26,484 nt of DNA from positions 1 to 26,484 of IMG/VR virus record IMGVR_UViG_3300037309_000133; one strand, given 5' to 3'. The notes under the pieces were generated by a model. The model was not told the origin of the DNA. It saw only the letters and a list, made by a program, of their open reading frames with translations, and made no database searches. This DNA is from a virus (lineage: Duplodnaviria > Caudoviricetes). Position numbers and translations under genes: made by a program. Shown here piece by piece: positions 8,646-17,314 of this stretch; within the stretch, counting starts at the first letter, position 1, and each line of letters starts with the position of its first letter.

Positions 8646-9620
8646 TTAATCTATCCAATCCGTCCCTACGTCTGCTTTGTACATCAATTTGAAAAGCTGC
8701 AAATTATCCGCTTTCAATTTCTCTAATTCTTTGGGCTGTTCGCGGCTGAGTTCCAACCATGTTTTGCCGTTGTGCGTCGGCTTGCCGCCTGCCGCCTGTT
8801 GACTGCCGCTTGCTGCATAATCCGCCAAATTGACTGTCTGCCGCGCTTCCAAACCTGCCAACACATTTTTTGTTGTTTCAAAATCATTCTCAAACAATTT
8901 AACAAAGTGCGGACGTTGGGCGGCGGTGATTTTGCCTTTCGCAATCGCCTCTGTGAGCAAAGTGTCGCGTTCAGCATCGGTTCGGGCTTTCAGTTGGTCC
9001 CGCAACTGCACGAGTTCGGCATCTTTGGCTTTAAGCACCTTCAACACCCCATCTTGGTCGGTGTCGTCCGCGAGTTTCAAATACTGCATTACTTTTTCCA
9101 TCGAAATTTTTTCCGTTTTTACTGGTGATTCTATTGTGATGTCGCCCAAAACCGCCACTACTGAGGGGTCATTTGCCGACAAATTGAGCTGTCCTAATTC
9201 GCCATCGTGCAGGGCGACCGCGTTGCGATTTGATGCCAAATTGACGATTGACACTTCGGGCGCAATGCAGCTCACAACGGTTTTGAGTTTTTGACCCGTC
9301 AACAGCAAAGCCTTATCGCCACTCGCTTGTATCGAGCGCACATCAATACCCAACGAAGCCTGCCCCAAATGCCCATCTGCTACCATTTCGGCGATTTCCT
9401 TACCGCGTTGGGTTTTGAGGTTTGGCACAAACTCAGCCGTACAGTCACCATCTTTCAACTCAAAATTTGCCCAATGCCCCACCGGGTCAGCAGTCGTTTT
9501 GTGGTTGTCGAAAGCGGGAACGTGCGCAGGAAACTTTATGCCTGCTGACATCACCCGAAAACCGTAAGTGTTCAATACATTCTCAGAGGATATGATAAAT
9601 CGCTTATTTGCCATTGCCAT
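8646..9620 (-). CDS. Prohead protease/scaffold (Mu gpI-like); start likely ATG 9620 or 9614, not 9752
   Basis: FIISSENVLNTYGFRV, DNH, ASLG, EVSIVNLASN protease motifs; scaffold part AIAKGKITAAQR; C-terminal WLELSREQP. Confidence 0.85.
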   Translation of the reverse strand: MAMANKRFIISSENVLNTYGFRVMSAGIKFPAHVPAFDNHKTTADPVGHWANFELKDGDCTAEFVPNLKTQRGKEIAEMVADGHLGQASLGIDVRSIQASGDKALLLTGQKLKTVVSCIAPEVSIVNLASNRNAVALHDGELGQLNLSANDPSVVAVLGDITIESPVKTEKISMEKVMQYLKLADDTDQDGVLKVLKAKDAELVQLRDQLKARTDAERDTLLTEAIAKGKITAAQRPHFVKLFENDFETTKNVLAGLEARQTVNLADYAASGSQQAAGGKPTHNGKTWLELSREQPKELEKLKADNLQLFKLMYKADVGTDWID

Positions 9621-9830
9621 AAATGCTGTGAAAAGGCTGTTATCGGAAGCCTCAAAACCGATTGACACCACAAAAAGAAGGCACACCACCGACCTTTTCA
9701 AACAGTTGCGACTTCTATTCCCAAGCCTCTGATTTGTATTCCAAACCCGCAAACGGTTCAGTTACTGAGGGGTAGTTTTGCCCCTGTTCGAGAGGGGGTT
9801 ATTACCTTTTTTCACCAAATACCTAAAAAT

Positions 9831-10277
9831 GTGAGTATTGTAAAAACAGAGAAGGACGTAAAAAAGGAGTACGCCTTATTACTATTCAAGCAAGGCGTGA
9901 CGCAAAAGGAAATCGCCCAACGCGTCGGGACGACCGAGCAAACGCTGTCGAAGTGGGCAAAAGATGGGAAGTGGGACGCTTTGCGTAAGTCTTTACTCGT
10001 CACCCGACAGGAGCAATTGGGCAACCTTTATGAGCAATTGTCGGAACTCAACACCAATATCAAATCCAAACCCGAAGGGCAACGGTTTGCCAACTCAAAA
10101 GAGGCTGATGTATTGGTCAAAACGACAGGTGCTATTCGACAGCTCGAAACGGAAACGTCTGTGTCTGACGTGGTAGATGTCAGTATCAAGTGCCTGAATT
10201 GGTTGCGCGGCGTAGAACCCGCCAAAGCCAAAGAACAGGCAGAAATTTTCGATGCCTTTATCAAATCGCTGTTATGA
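9831..10277 (+). CDS. Terminase small subunit-like HTH protein
   Basis: TQKEIAQRVGTTEQTLSKWAKDGKWD helix-turn-helix; stop overlaps terminase large start. Confidence 0.8.
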   Translation: MSIVKTEKDVKKEYALLLFKQGVTQKEIAQRVGTTEQTLSKWAKDGKWDALRKSLLVTRQEQLGNLYEQLSELNTNIKSKPEGQRFANSKEADVLVKTTGAIRQLETETSVSDVVDVSIKCLNWLRGVEPAKAKEQAEIFDAFIKSLL

Positions 10278-11773
10278 AACGCAACCGTGCTACGGATAAA
10301 CAATCGCTGCAACGTTGGGACGATTATCGCAATAATCTGGTCAGAGAAACGCCCATTCCCAACGAAACTGAAGCCGAACAACGGGTGCGCGTAAAACGGC
10401 TATTGGGCGATTTTGAGCAATTCTGTTACTACTATTTTCCCAATTACACCTCCGCGAAGTTCGCCAAATTCCATCTGCGATTCGCTAAAAAAGTCATTGA
10501 CAACGACAATATCTACATCGTAAGGGCTTGGGCAAGGGAACACGCCAAGTCCGTAACGGCGGGTTTGTTTTTGACATTATACCTCAAATTCACGGGTAAA
10601 TCTCACAATATGCTCTATGTGAGCAATTCTTACGAAAAAGCCGAAGAATTGCTGATGCCTGTGATGATTAACTTGGAAAGCAACCAGCGACTTATTCACG
10701 ATTTTGGCGTTCAGAAGTCGTGGCGGGGTTGGGAAGTGGGCAAATTCGTAACGGCTGATGGGTGCAGTTTTCGCGCTTTGGGGGCAGGGCAGTCGCCACG
10801 TGGCTCTCGAAATGAAGAAAAACGCCCCGATTTAGTGCTGATTGACGATATTGATACCGACGAAGAAAGCCGCAATCAAAGCCGTATTGACCGAAAGTTT
10901 CAGTGGATTGAACGGGCTTTGTTCCCTGCGATGTCGGTGTCGGGCAACAAACGGTTTATTTTGGTCGGCAATATCATTTCCAAAGAATCAATCATCGTCA
11001 AAGCATCACGGGTAGCCGACGACTACGAGCAAATCAATATTTTGGACAAAAACGGGCAACCGTCGTGGAACCGCTATTCGTTGGAAGCGGTCAATTATAT
11101 GCTCTCCAAAATATCCTATGCGGCGGGGCAAGCCGAGTATTTCAACAATCCGATTACCGAAGGGACGGTGTTTAAAGACATTGTTTGGGGCAAAATACCC
11201 CCCCTCAGTAAATTTCGGTTTGTCGTCTGTTATACCGACCCCAGTTTTAAAGATTCTAAGAAAAACGACTTTAAGGCAACGGTTGTCGTGGGTGAATTGG
11301 AAGGCAAGTTTTACATCATCAAAGCGTATGTGGAACAAACCACTACCGCCAAAATGATTGATTGGCATTATCAAATTGCCGACGACCTCAAAAATCACAC
11401 GACGGTTTACTTCTACATCGAGGCGAATTTTATGCAGGATACCTTTTTGGAGGAGTTTAGAAAAGCGGGTAAGCTACGCGGCTACCTCAGCATCAATGGC
11501 GACGACCGCGCTAAACCCGACAAATACACCCGCATAGAAGCCACTTTGGAACCCTTGAACCGTCAGAATCGCCTCATTTTCAACGAAGCGGAGCGCGATA
11601 ATCCCCACATGAGACGGCTCGAAGAGCAGTTTAAAGCCATCGAACCGAGTCTTTCTACCCACGATGACGGACCCGACGCAACTGAGGGGGGCGTGTATAT
11701 CATCAATACAAAACTGCGGGAATTGCGCCCCATTAAAGTTGTCAATCAAAAACGCAGTAGTAAAAAATACTAA
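10274..11773 (+). CDS. terL: Terminase large subunit (start at ATG 10274)
   Basis: WAREHAKS Walker-A variant, GQSPRG, RPDLVLIDD Walker B, YTDPS and HDDGPDA nuclease motifs. Confidence 0.93.
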   Translation: MKRNRATDKQSLQRWDDYRNNLVRETPIPNETEAEQRVRVKRLLGDFEQFCYYYFPNYTSAKFAKFHLRFAKKVIDNDNIYIVRAWAREHAKSVTAGLFLTLYLKFTGKSHNMLYVSNSYEKAEELLMPVMINLESNQRLIHDFGVQKSWRGWEVGKFVTADGCSFRALGAGQSPRGSRNEEKRPDLVLIDDIDTDEESRNQSRIDRKFQWIERALFPAMSVSGNKRFILVGNIISKESIIVKASRVADDYEQINILDKNGQPSWNRYSLEAVNYMLSKISYAAGQAEYFNNPITEGTVFKDIVWGKIPPLSKFRFVVCYTDPSFKDSKKNDFKATVVVGELEGKFYIIKAYVEQTTTAKMIDWHYQIADDLKNHTTVYFYIEANFMQDTFLEEFRKAGKLRGYLSINGDDRAKPDKYTRIEATLEPLNRQNRLIFNEAERDNPHMRRLEEQFKAIEPSLSTHDDGPDATEGGVYIINTKLRELRPIKVVNQKRSSKKY

Positions 11774-11776
11774 ATA

Positions 11777-12193
11777 ATGGCATTTATTCAAAAAGCCGAT
11801 TTAATCGCGCACATACTCGAAGACGAATTAGACGAAATAACGCGCTCAAATGCCGCCATCGTCACCGCCGCCCTCGATGCGGCGACCGCCGAAGCGCGGA
11901 TGTATCTGTTTGATACATTCGATGCGGATACCATTTTCAGCGCAACGGACAACGACCGCAACCCGCTATTGGTGCAATTGGTCAGCGATATGGCTATTTG
12001 GAAAATCGTCGCATCGTGTTATGCCGGGCAGGACAGAACCGACCGTTTGGAACGCTACGAGCAGGCAGTCAAGTGGCTCAAAGCCGCCGCCAAAACGGAA
12101 CTCTACACCGATTTGCCCCGACGCACGAATAATGCAACGGCGGAGAAAAAGATGGTCGTCGGGTCGAATCCCAAGCGGGGGAATTACTATTAA
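11777..12193 (+). CDS. Mu gp36-like (DUF1320) head-tail adaptor
   Basis: 138 aa after terL; RNPLLVQLVSDMAIW and RYEQAVKWL motifs; C-terminal GSNPKR. Confidence 0.8.
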   Translation: MAFIQKADLIAHILEDELDEITRSNAAIVTAALDAATAEARMYLFDTFDADTIFSATDNDRNPLLVQLVSDMAIWKIVASCYAGQDRTDRLERYEQAVKWLKAAAKTELYTDLPRRTNNATAEKKMVVGSNPKRGNYY

Positions 12194-12390
12194 GGAAAAC
12201 AGCATTTTCATTCCTTCCATAATAATATAAATTCACTTTTAAACCCCTTTTAAAATCTTTTGAAAATCAAAAGTGGTGTAAGTGGATAGACCCGACAATA
12301 AAACGCCTTAGAATCAAAATGTAAAAAATGAAGCTGAGCCGCTTCGGTGGTGAGATAAAACAAAGATAAAACCCAATTTCCCAACCACCA

Positions 12391-12432
12391 AATAAAAAAA
12401 AACACCCCCTCAGTACCAAAATACTGAGGGGG
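12391..12432 (-). terminator. Rho-independent terminator built from two inverted TACTGAGGGG copies
   Basis: CCCCCTCAGTA (12405-12415), CCAAAA loop, TACTGAGGGGG (12422-12432); A-run on plus gives a U tract on minus; downstream of 12476-12703. Confidence 0.75.
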
Positions 12433-12475
12433 CTAAAAATCAAGTTCATTGAATCACAAGTAAGAAACAAAGGGA

Positions 12476-12703
12476 CTACGCTTCGGTCAGTAGCTTGTCC
12501 ATGACCAGTTGGCTACAAACCAACAAATGGGCAATGGCAGCATTCAGTTCAGGCGTGGCTTCGCGGCGGTTGTTCAGTGCCGCTATCGCACAAGCCTGTA
12601 CACTGGTCGTAAACAGTACCGCCAAATCGCGGTCTTCGATACCTATATATAAGGTGTCGGAAAAGGTCCCTTGTGGTGTGGCGGTGATAGTATTTGACTT
12701 CAT
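12476..12703 (-). CDS. Small hypothetical protein coupled to antirepressor
   Basis: ATGA overlap at 12700-12703. Confidence 0.65.
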   Translation of the reverse strand: MKSNTITATPQGTFSDTLYIGIEDRDLAVLFTTSVQACAIAALNNRREATPELNAAIAHLLVCSQLVMDKLLTEA

Positions 12704-13239
12704 AGCAAGCCGCCTTTTTTGAGTTTACCATACAGTTTCAAACGGGTCTTGCTGTCGTCCATCGCTATGATAATGTCCAGCAGCTCGCGGTCGTACTGCG
12801 GGGTCGGTTTCGCGGCGGGAAGTTTTGACTTGCTTTCGACACGAGCATTTTGTCCGCTTGGAACTGGTACACCTTCCAGTTTTTCGATAAGCGCGTTTTC
12901 TGCCCAAGTACGGACAAGTTCGGCACGTTGACCCGTAAGGAAAAAGCCCATGCGAACAACACCACGTTTGGTAAAATAAAGTCGTTTGACTTTACTAACA
13001 GTCTCACGTCCACGGAGAACTACATTTTGGAGTTCATCGTGAATAAAGAAATGTGTACCCTCTACAAACTCATTCCTTTGCTTCTGACCGCCAATAGCTT
13101 TTACTGAAACACCGTAGGCTTCTGCTACTTGTTTAGTTGACATCAGAAATTCATGCTGAGGAATTGGGTGGAGTTGGACAGAAAGATTGTCCGCGATTTG
13201 AACCAAGATTGGTTCACCTTTTTGCTGACTGAGTTGCAT
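12700..13239 (-). CDS. Antirepressor-like DNA-binding protein (ORF6N/KilA-N-like)
   Basis: FLMSTKQVAEAYGV, EFVEGTHF, FTKRGVVRMGFFL..RAELVRTWAE motifs. Confidence 0.78.
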   Translation of the reverse strand: MQLSQQKGEPILVQIADNLSVQLHPIPQHEFLMSTKQVAEAYGVSVKAIGGQKQRNEFVEGTHFFIHDELQNVVLRGRETVSKVKRLYFTKRGVVRMGFFLTGQRAELVRTWAENALIEKLEGVPVPSGQNARVESKSKLPAAKPTPQYDRELLDIIIAMDDSKTRLKLYGKLKKGGLL

Positions 13240-13341
13240 TTTAATCAGATTTAAAAATTAAAAAAAGCCCGCACGCTGCAACTCAGTCAGACATACCACA
13301 AGGGCAGAAGGAAGGACGCGTTTCTAAAACGCTCGTGCGGG
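13225..13341 (-). promoter_or_regulatory. Structured 5' leader of antirepressor gene
   Basis: 14-bp inverted repeat 13225-13238/13277-13290 covering the first codons; 8-bp stem 13268-13275/13334-13341 ending before a U-run. Confidence 0.6.
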
Positions 13342-13412
13342 TGGCTCTTACAAGTAAATTTTTGAAAGGAGACCGCCGCTTGTGTCTGTATATCTGAAAA
13401 CTGGTTGCGGGA

Positions 13413-13445
13413 CAAATATAGAGGTATGATTTTGATATATACAAA
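13413..13445 (-). promoter_or_regulatory. Bacteroidota sigma70-type promoter for antirepressor
   Basis: TTTG (13445-13442), 21 nt spacer, TATATTTG (13420-13413) matches TTTG-N19-21-TAnnTTTG. Confidence 0.7.
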
Positions 13446-13472
13446 TATTTATTAAACGAAAAGTACAAAAAA

Positions 13473-13649
13473 ATGAAAGAAGTAAAACTGACCATCGAAG
13501 TTGGGGAAAAAGACGGCGAAAAAAAGACCATAGAAATGGCTTGTAAAGCAGACTTGACGGCTTTACAGGATATGTGGTTCGGCGAAACACGCGCTATTAT
13601 GCTGAGAGAATTGACGGCGATAGTGAAAAAATCCAATGAGATAACTTAA
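13473..13649 (+). CDS. Small hypothetical protein (58 aa, MKEVKLTIEVG...), not in ORF track
   Basis: A-rich leader and ATG; TAA overlaps the stop of convergent 13646-13954. Confidence 0.55.
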   Translation: MKEVKLTIEVGEKDGEKKTIEMACKADLTALQDMWFGETRAIMLRELTAIVKKSNEIT

Positions 13650-13954
13650 TCTTCTTGGATAATGTGCTCATAGCGAAACAGATAAGTACCGTCATCAATG
13701 CGTATGCTCAAATTGCGATGTGGATATATTTTTTTCCACAGTGCCATTGTGTCTTTGAGCGTAAAGACGATGGAAGCCCAATCCCATACAGCTTTGGTGA
13801 ACAAAAAATCTTCTGTCCAGTCGGGGTTTTCGGGCATTTTTTCTATAAGCACCTCACAAACCTCTTGTAAGCAGCCTTTGTCAAAATCGCTCAAAGTGTA
13901 ATCAACTTCGGCGCATTGTTTAACAATTGTATTGAATAGCTCAATTGCTGTCAT
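13646..13954 (-). CDS. Hypothetical protein, antisense moron-like
   Basis: 102 aa ATG ORF with AT-rich leader; weak similarity to 19744-20133. Confidence 0.7.
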   Translation of the reverse strand: MTAIELFNTIVKQCAEVDYTLSDFDKGCLQEVCEVLIEKMPENPDWTEDFLFTKAVWDWASIVFTLKDTMALWKKIYPHRNLSIRIDDGTYLFRYEHIIQED

Positions 13955-13981
13955 GTTAAATAGGATTTAAAAAGTTAGAAA

Positions 13982-14140
13982 ATGGAAAATACCTACACTG
14001 ATAAATTACTGGCTGCTTTTTTAGCACAGCCCCTCCCTGCCACTTTGACGGACGCAGAGTGGACAGCAGCCTTAGCCGAGTTAAAGGCACTTAGAGACCC
14101 TCCAACTCAGACCTTAGAAAATCCAGCACATCAGGATTGA
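13982..14140 (+). CDS. Small hypothetical protein (52 aa, MENTYTDKLL...), not in ORF track
   Basis: A-rich leader and ATG; converges on 14091-14381. Confidence 0.4.
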   Translation: MENTYTDKLLAAFLAQPLPATLTDAEWTAALAELKALRDPPTQTLENPAHQD

Positions 14141-14381
14141 TAAGGCGGAGTTCTTCTCGAATGATGTGTTCGTAATTGGCTTTGGCTGAATGCGTCAAAA
14201 TTTTTAACTCTTTTTCAAAATTGGGCGAAACGCGCTCATCATGCACCAACATTTTGACCAATACATCATTTCTAACCCTTTGGTGTAGAAGTTGCACGAA
14301 AAGGTATTTAATCATCGCATCGTGATTTTGGATTTGATTTTCAATACTGTCAATAGGATTTAAAAATTTATAAAATGGCAA
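14091..14381 (-). CDS. Hypothetical helical protein, antisense moron-like; start uncertain
   Basis: 96 aa from a TTG overlapping the portal ATG; weak similarity to 1449-1751. Confidence 0.6.
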   Translation of the reverse strand: MPFYKFLNPIDSIENQIQNHDAMIKYLFVQLLHQRVRNDVLVKMLVHDERVSPNFEKELKILTHSAKANYEHIIREELRLINPDVLDFLRSELEGL

Positions 14382-15700
14382 TAACCTACTATGATAAAAT
14401 ACTGAGGGGTCTGTCTGATGTTTACAACAGTTGGACTATCAATGTTGCACGACAAGGGGAGAAAACCAAGCCCAACATCATCGTCAACAAACTGAACGTG
14501 CAGCCCATCCAACGGCAATCCTTAGATATTCAAAAATGGCGCAATGCCCTCATCATGGCAGAAGGCACGACCCAACAGCGCAACTATCTGTACGAGCTGT
14601 ACGAGGATATTCTTTTAGATGGGTTTTTGTGCGCTTTGATGGACAAGCGGCGCATGGCGATTACGAACTTATCCTTGACGTTTGTAAAAGCCGACAAGCC
14701 CGACGATGCGCTCGTGCAGCTCACACAAACGACCTATTTTGAGACGCTGCTGAACGAAATACTCAACGCCCGTTTTTATGGACACAGCCTTGTGCAATTG
14801 GATTGGGGCAGCCCACAACAGACCGACTTTCCCAACCGAACGATTTTGATACCCCGCAAACACGTCAAACCGCGCTTTGGCATCGTCACCAAGAACGTGT
14901 GGGACGTGGAAGGAATCCCTTATTTGGGTATGCCCGACGTATTGGAAATTGGCGACCGCGAAGACTTGGGTAAACTGCTCCACGCTGCGCCACTTGTAAT
15001 TTACAAACGCGGGGATTGGGGGGATTGGGCAGAGTTTGTGGAAGTGTTCGGTATGCCCATCATTGACGCGTCGTACAATAATGACTCCACCCGCGATGCT
15101 TTGGAGCAAGCCTTCCAAAATATGGGCAGTCGCGGTCGGCTGATTCGCCCGTCCGATGCGCACATCAATATTCAAACCGTCAATGACAATGGCACGGGCG
15201 GCAATTTGTTCGACAATTTCCGCAAAGCCCTGAATGAAGAATTAGCCATCACAATATTGGGCAACACCATGACTACGACCGAAGCCGCCAAGTCGGGTTA
15301 CGCGCAGTCCAAAACCCACGCCGACAGTCAAGAAACCCTCCACCGCGACGACCGCAAATTTGTGTTGCGGGTCTTGAACGAAAAATTGATTCCCTATTTG
15401 CGCCGCATTGGGTACAATACTGAGGGGGGGCATTTTGACTTTGTAGATGCCGAAACCTTGACTTTGACCGAGCGTTTGGACATTGATTTGAAGGTGTCTG
15501 AAAAGGTGATTATTGGTGAATCGTATTGGTACGACAAATACAAAATACCGAAACCAACGGCAGCCGAAGCCAAAGCGGTAGAAGATGCCGAAACGGACGA
15601 GGATTTGGAAATTGAGGAGGAAAATACTGAGGGGAAGAAAAAACCGAACCCCTCAGTAGTGGCGAAAAAAAAAAAGCCGCCAACCAACGACGTGAATTAG
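14375..15700 (+). CDS. Portal protein (DUF935 / Mu gp29-like)
   Basis: LYELYEDILLD, ARFYGHSLVQL, WAEFVEVFGMP, ILGNTMTT..SGYAQSKTH motifs. Confidence 0.92.
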   Translation: MAITYYDKILRGLSDVYNSWTINVARQGEKTKPNIIVNKLNVQPIQRQSLDIQKWRNALIMAEGTTQQRNYLYELYEDILLDGFLCALMDKRRMAITNLSLTFVKADKPDDALVQLTQTTYFETLLNEILNARFYGHSLVQLDWGSPQQTDFPNRTILIPRKHVKPRFGIVTKNVWDVEGIPYLGMPDVLEIGDREDLGKLLHAAPLVIYKRGDWGDWAEFVEVFGMPIIDASYNNDSTRDALEQAFQNMGSRGRLIRPSDAHINIQTVNDNGTGGNLFDNFRKALNEELAITILGNTMTTTEAAKSGYAQSKTHADSQETLHRDDRKFVLRVLNEKLIPYLRRIGYNTEGGHFDFVDAETLTLTERLDIDLKVSEKVIIGESYWYDKYKIPKPTAAEAKAVEDAETDEDLEIEEENTEGKKKPNPSVVAKKKKPPTNDVN

Positions 15701-17061
15701 CCAATTTATACGGCGGTTTAACAACCACCCCCTTTGGGGGATTGAGGGGGCTTGCTGACTTCGACGGGCGTTTTGAACCCGTACCGTCGGCGATTTATAC
15801 GGATTTTTTTGACCACATTTATAAAAACCAAACCACCGACCTACACGAAGGGCTTTACAATGCCTATTACACACGATTGAGTAAAGCGGCGCAAACAGGC
15901 ATTGGTAAACTCTGGACGGAAGCCGACGACTCGGCAGAATTTGCCCGTTTTCAGAAAGTTCAGACCAATCTGAGCCGCTTTGCTGCTTTTCGGGTGCATC
16001 ATTTGGGCGAACAATTGCGAGCTGAGTTGCACGATGTGGCGGGTCAAAAGTTGAGCCGCGATGACTTTATGAAAAAGGCGAACGATTTAAATCGTCGCTA
16101 CAAAGCATGGTTTGAGACCGAAGCGCAAACGGCAGAAGCACGCGCCAACATCATTGCCAAATGGGGCGATTACGAACGGCGGGCGTACCTCTATCCCAAT
16201 TTGCGTTACGTCACGGCAAAAGATGAACGAGTACGGGACAGCCATCGGGTTCTGCACGGCATTGTGCGCCCCTTGAATGATGCGTTTTGGAAAAAGTACA
16301 CGCCGCCTGTTGGGTATCGGTGTCGGTGCATCGTGCAGCAAGTAGATGATGCCGTGACCGATTTGCCCGACAATCTGAACGAGGTACAGATACCCAAAGG
16401 CTTCGACGAAAACCCCTACTTTACGGGCAATCTCTACACCGACCGTCACCCCTATTTTGCGAAAGTGACCGACCCCTCAGTAAAGGAACGGATTGAGCAG
16501 AATGTGCATCAAATTTGGTTGAAAAAAGATGATTATTTCCAAATGCACCGCCGTGAGGTATTGGAAAAAGGAATTGAAGGATTGGGGATTGATGCGGACG
16601 AAGCGGCAAGTTTACGGTTTTACACCGCCGACGTGGAGAAAGTGACCAATTTGTATAAAACGGGCAATATGTTGGCATCAAACCGCGATGTCAATATTTG
16701 GGCAGCTATTGTAGCGACGTTGCACCGCGCCTTAGAGAAAATACAAACGGTGTTTGTGGGAACAGTTAGAAGGGGAGATAAGTTTGACCCTAAAATGATT
16801 GCGGCTATCAGAACCGCCTTTGAACGGGGCGACGTGTGGCGGTCGGGTACTTTCTTGTCGTCGTCAAAAGGAGACGGTTGGCGTAAATTTAATGCGGGGG
16901 TTATTTTTGAAATTTACTCGAAAAAAGGTAAATACATCGAATCGCTATCCCTGTACAAAGACGAAGCCGAAGTGTTATTTAATGATAACAACGCTTTCAA
17001 AGTGTTGGAATTTAAAGAAAACGGCAGCCGCGTCCGTATCAAACTACAAGAAGTGGATTAG
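15631..17061 (+). CDS. MuF head morphogenesis protein with C-terminal ADP-ribosyltransferase domain; probably entered by -1 frameshift from portal
   Basis: LRYVTAKDERVRDSH..LHG..FW...PP.GYRCRC MuF motif; VRRG / FLSSS / EAEVLF R-S-ExE ART motifs; frame open from 15631 with no ATG near its 5' end. Confidence 0.85.
   Translation, partial: GEEKTEPLSSGEKKKAANQRRELANLYGGLTTTPFGGLRGLADFDGRFEPVPSAIYTDFFDHIYKNQTTDLHEGLYNAYYTRLSKAAQTGIGKLWTEADDSAEFARFQKVQTNLSRFAAFRVHHLGEQLRAELHDVAGQKLSRDDFMKKANDLNRRYKAWFETEAQTAEARANIIAKWGDYERRAYLYPNLRYVTAKDERVRDSHRVLHGIVRPLNDAFWKKYTPPVGYRCRCIVQQVDDAVTDLPDNLNEVQIPKGFDENPYFTGNLYTDRHPYFAKVTDPSVKERIEQNVHQIWLKKDDYFQMHRREVLEKGIEGLGIDADEAASLRFYTADVEKVTNLYKTGNMLASNRDVNIWAAIVATLHRALEKIQTVFVGTVRRGDKFDPKMIAAIRTAFERGDVWRSGTFLSSSKGDGWRKFNAGVIFEIYSKKGKYIESLSLYKDEAEVLFNDNNAFKVLEFKENGSRVRIKLQEVD
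15728..15755. repeat. Short REP-like G/C-run element, copy 2
   Basis: CCCCCTTTGGGGGATTGAGGGGGCTTGC, 26/28 identical to 662-689. Confidence 0.75.
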
Positions 17062-17279
17062 GCAAAGACATCGTTTTGCATTTTCTGATAACTTACTGAC
17101 TCTGCCGCGTGAATGTCGGCTTGCTCAGATTCGGGAAGCGTGGCAACGTAAGCGTACCAATTTTCCCGCGTCCAGTCAGATGCCTCGAATAACTTATCGA
17201 AAGGCACTTCGCCGTTGGCATCGTTGTAAGGACAATCGCGGCAGATTTGCGCGTAGGCTTGTTGGTGTTCTAATTTCAT
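17058..17279 (-). CDS. Small acidic protein convergent with MuF-ART; candidate immunity protein (ATG 17279; track start GTG 17306)
   Basis: 73 aa; stop overlaps the MuF stop; TACTTTTG box 4 nt upstream of the ATG. Confidence 0.55.
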   Translation of the reverse strand: MKLEHQQAYAQICRDCPYNDANGEVPFDKLFEASDWTRENWYAYVATLPESEQADIHAAESVSYQKMQNDVFA

Positions 17280-17283
17280 ACCA

Positions 17284-17314
17284 CAAAAGTAAATCAGGTT
17301 TTTCACAATGGCAA
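17284..17314 (-). promoter_or_regulatory. Putative antisense sigma70-type promoter
   Basis: TACTTTTG at 17291-17284 and TTG 20 nt upstream (17314-17312). Confidence 0.5.

Noticed and set aside
9621-9752. N-terminal extension of the protease ORF
   Set aside because: TTG-started extension lies in the divergent regulatory gap; recognisable sequence begins at MANKRF
10190-10273. GTG-started extension of terminase large subunit
   Set aside because: Overlaps the small terminase; ATGA coupling at 10274 is the better start
13283-13636. Minus-strand ORFs of 117 and 80 aa
   Set aside because: Run across the promoter and leader and shadow the 58-aa plus ORF; composition is not protein-like
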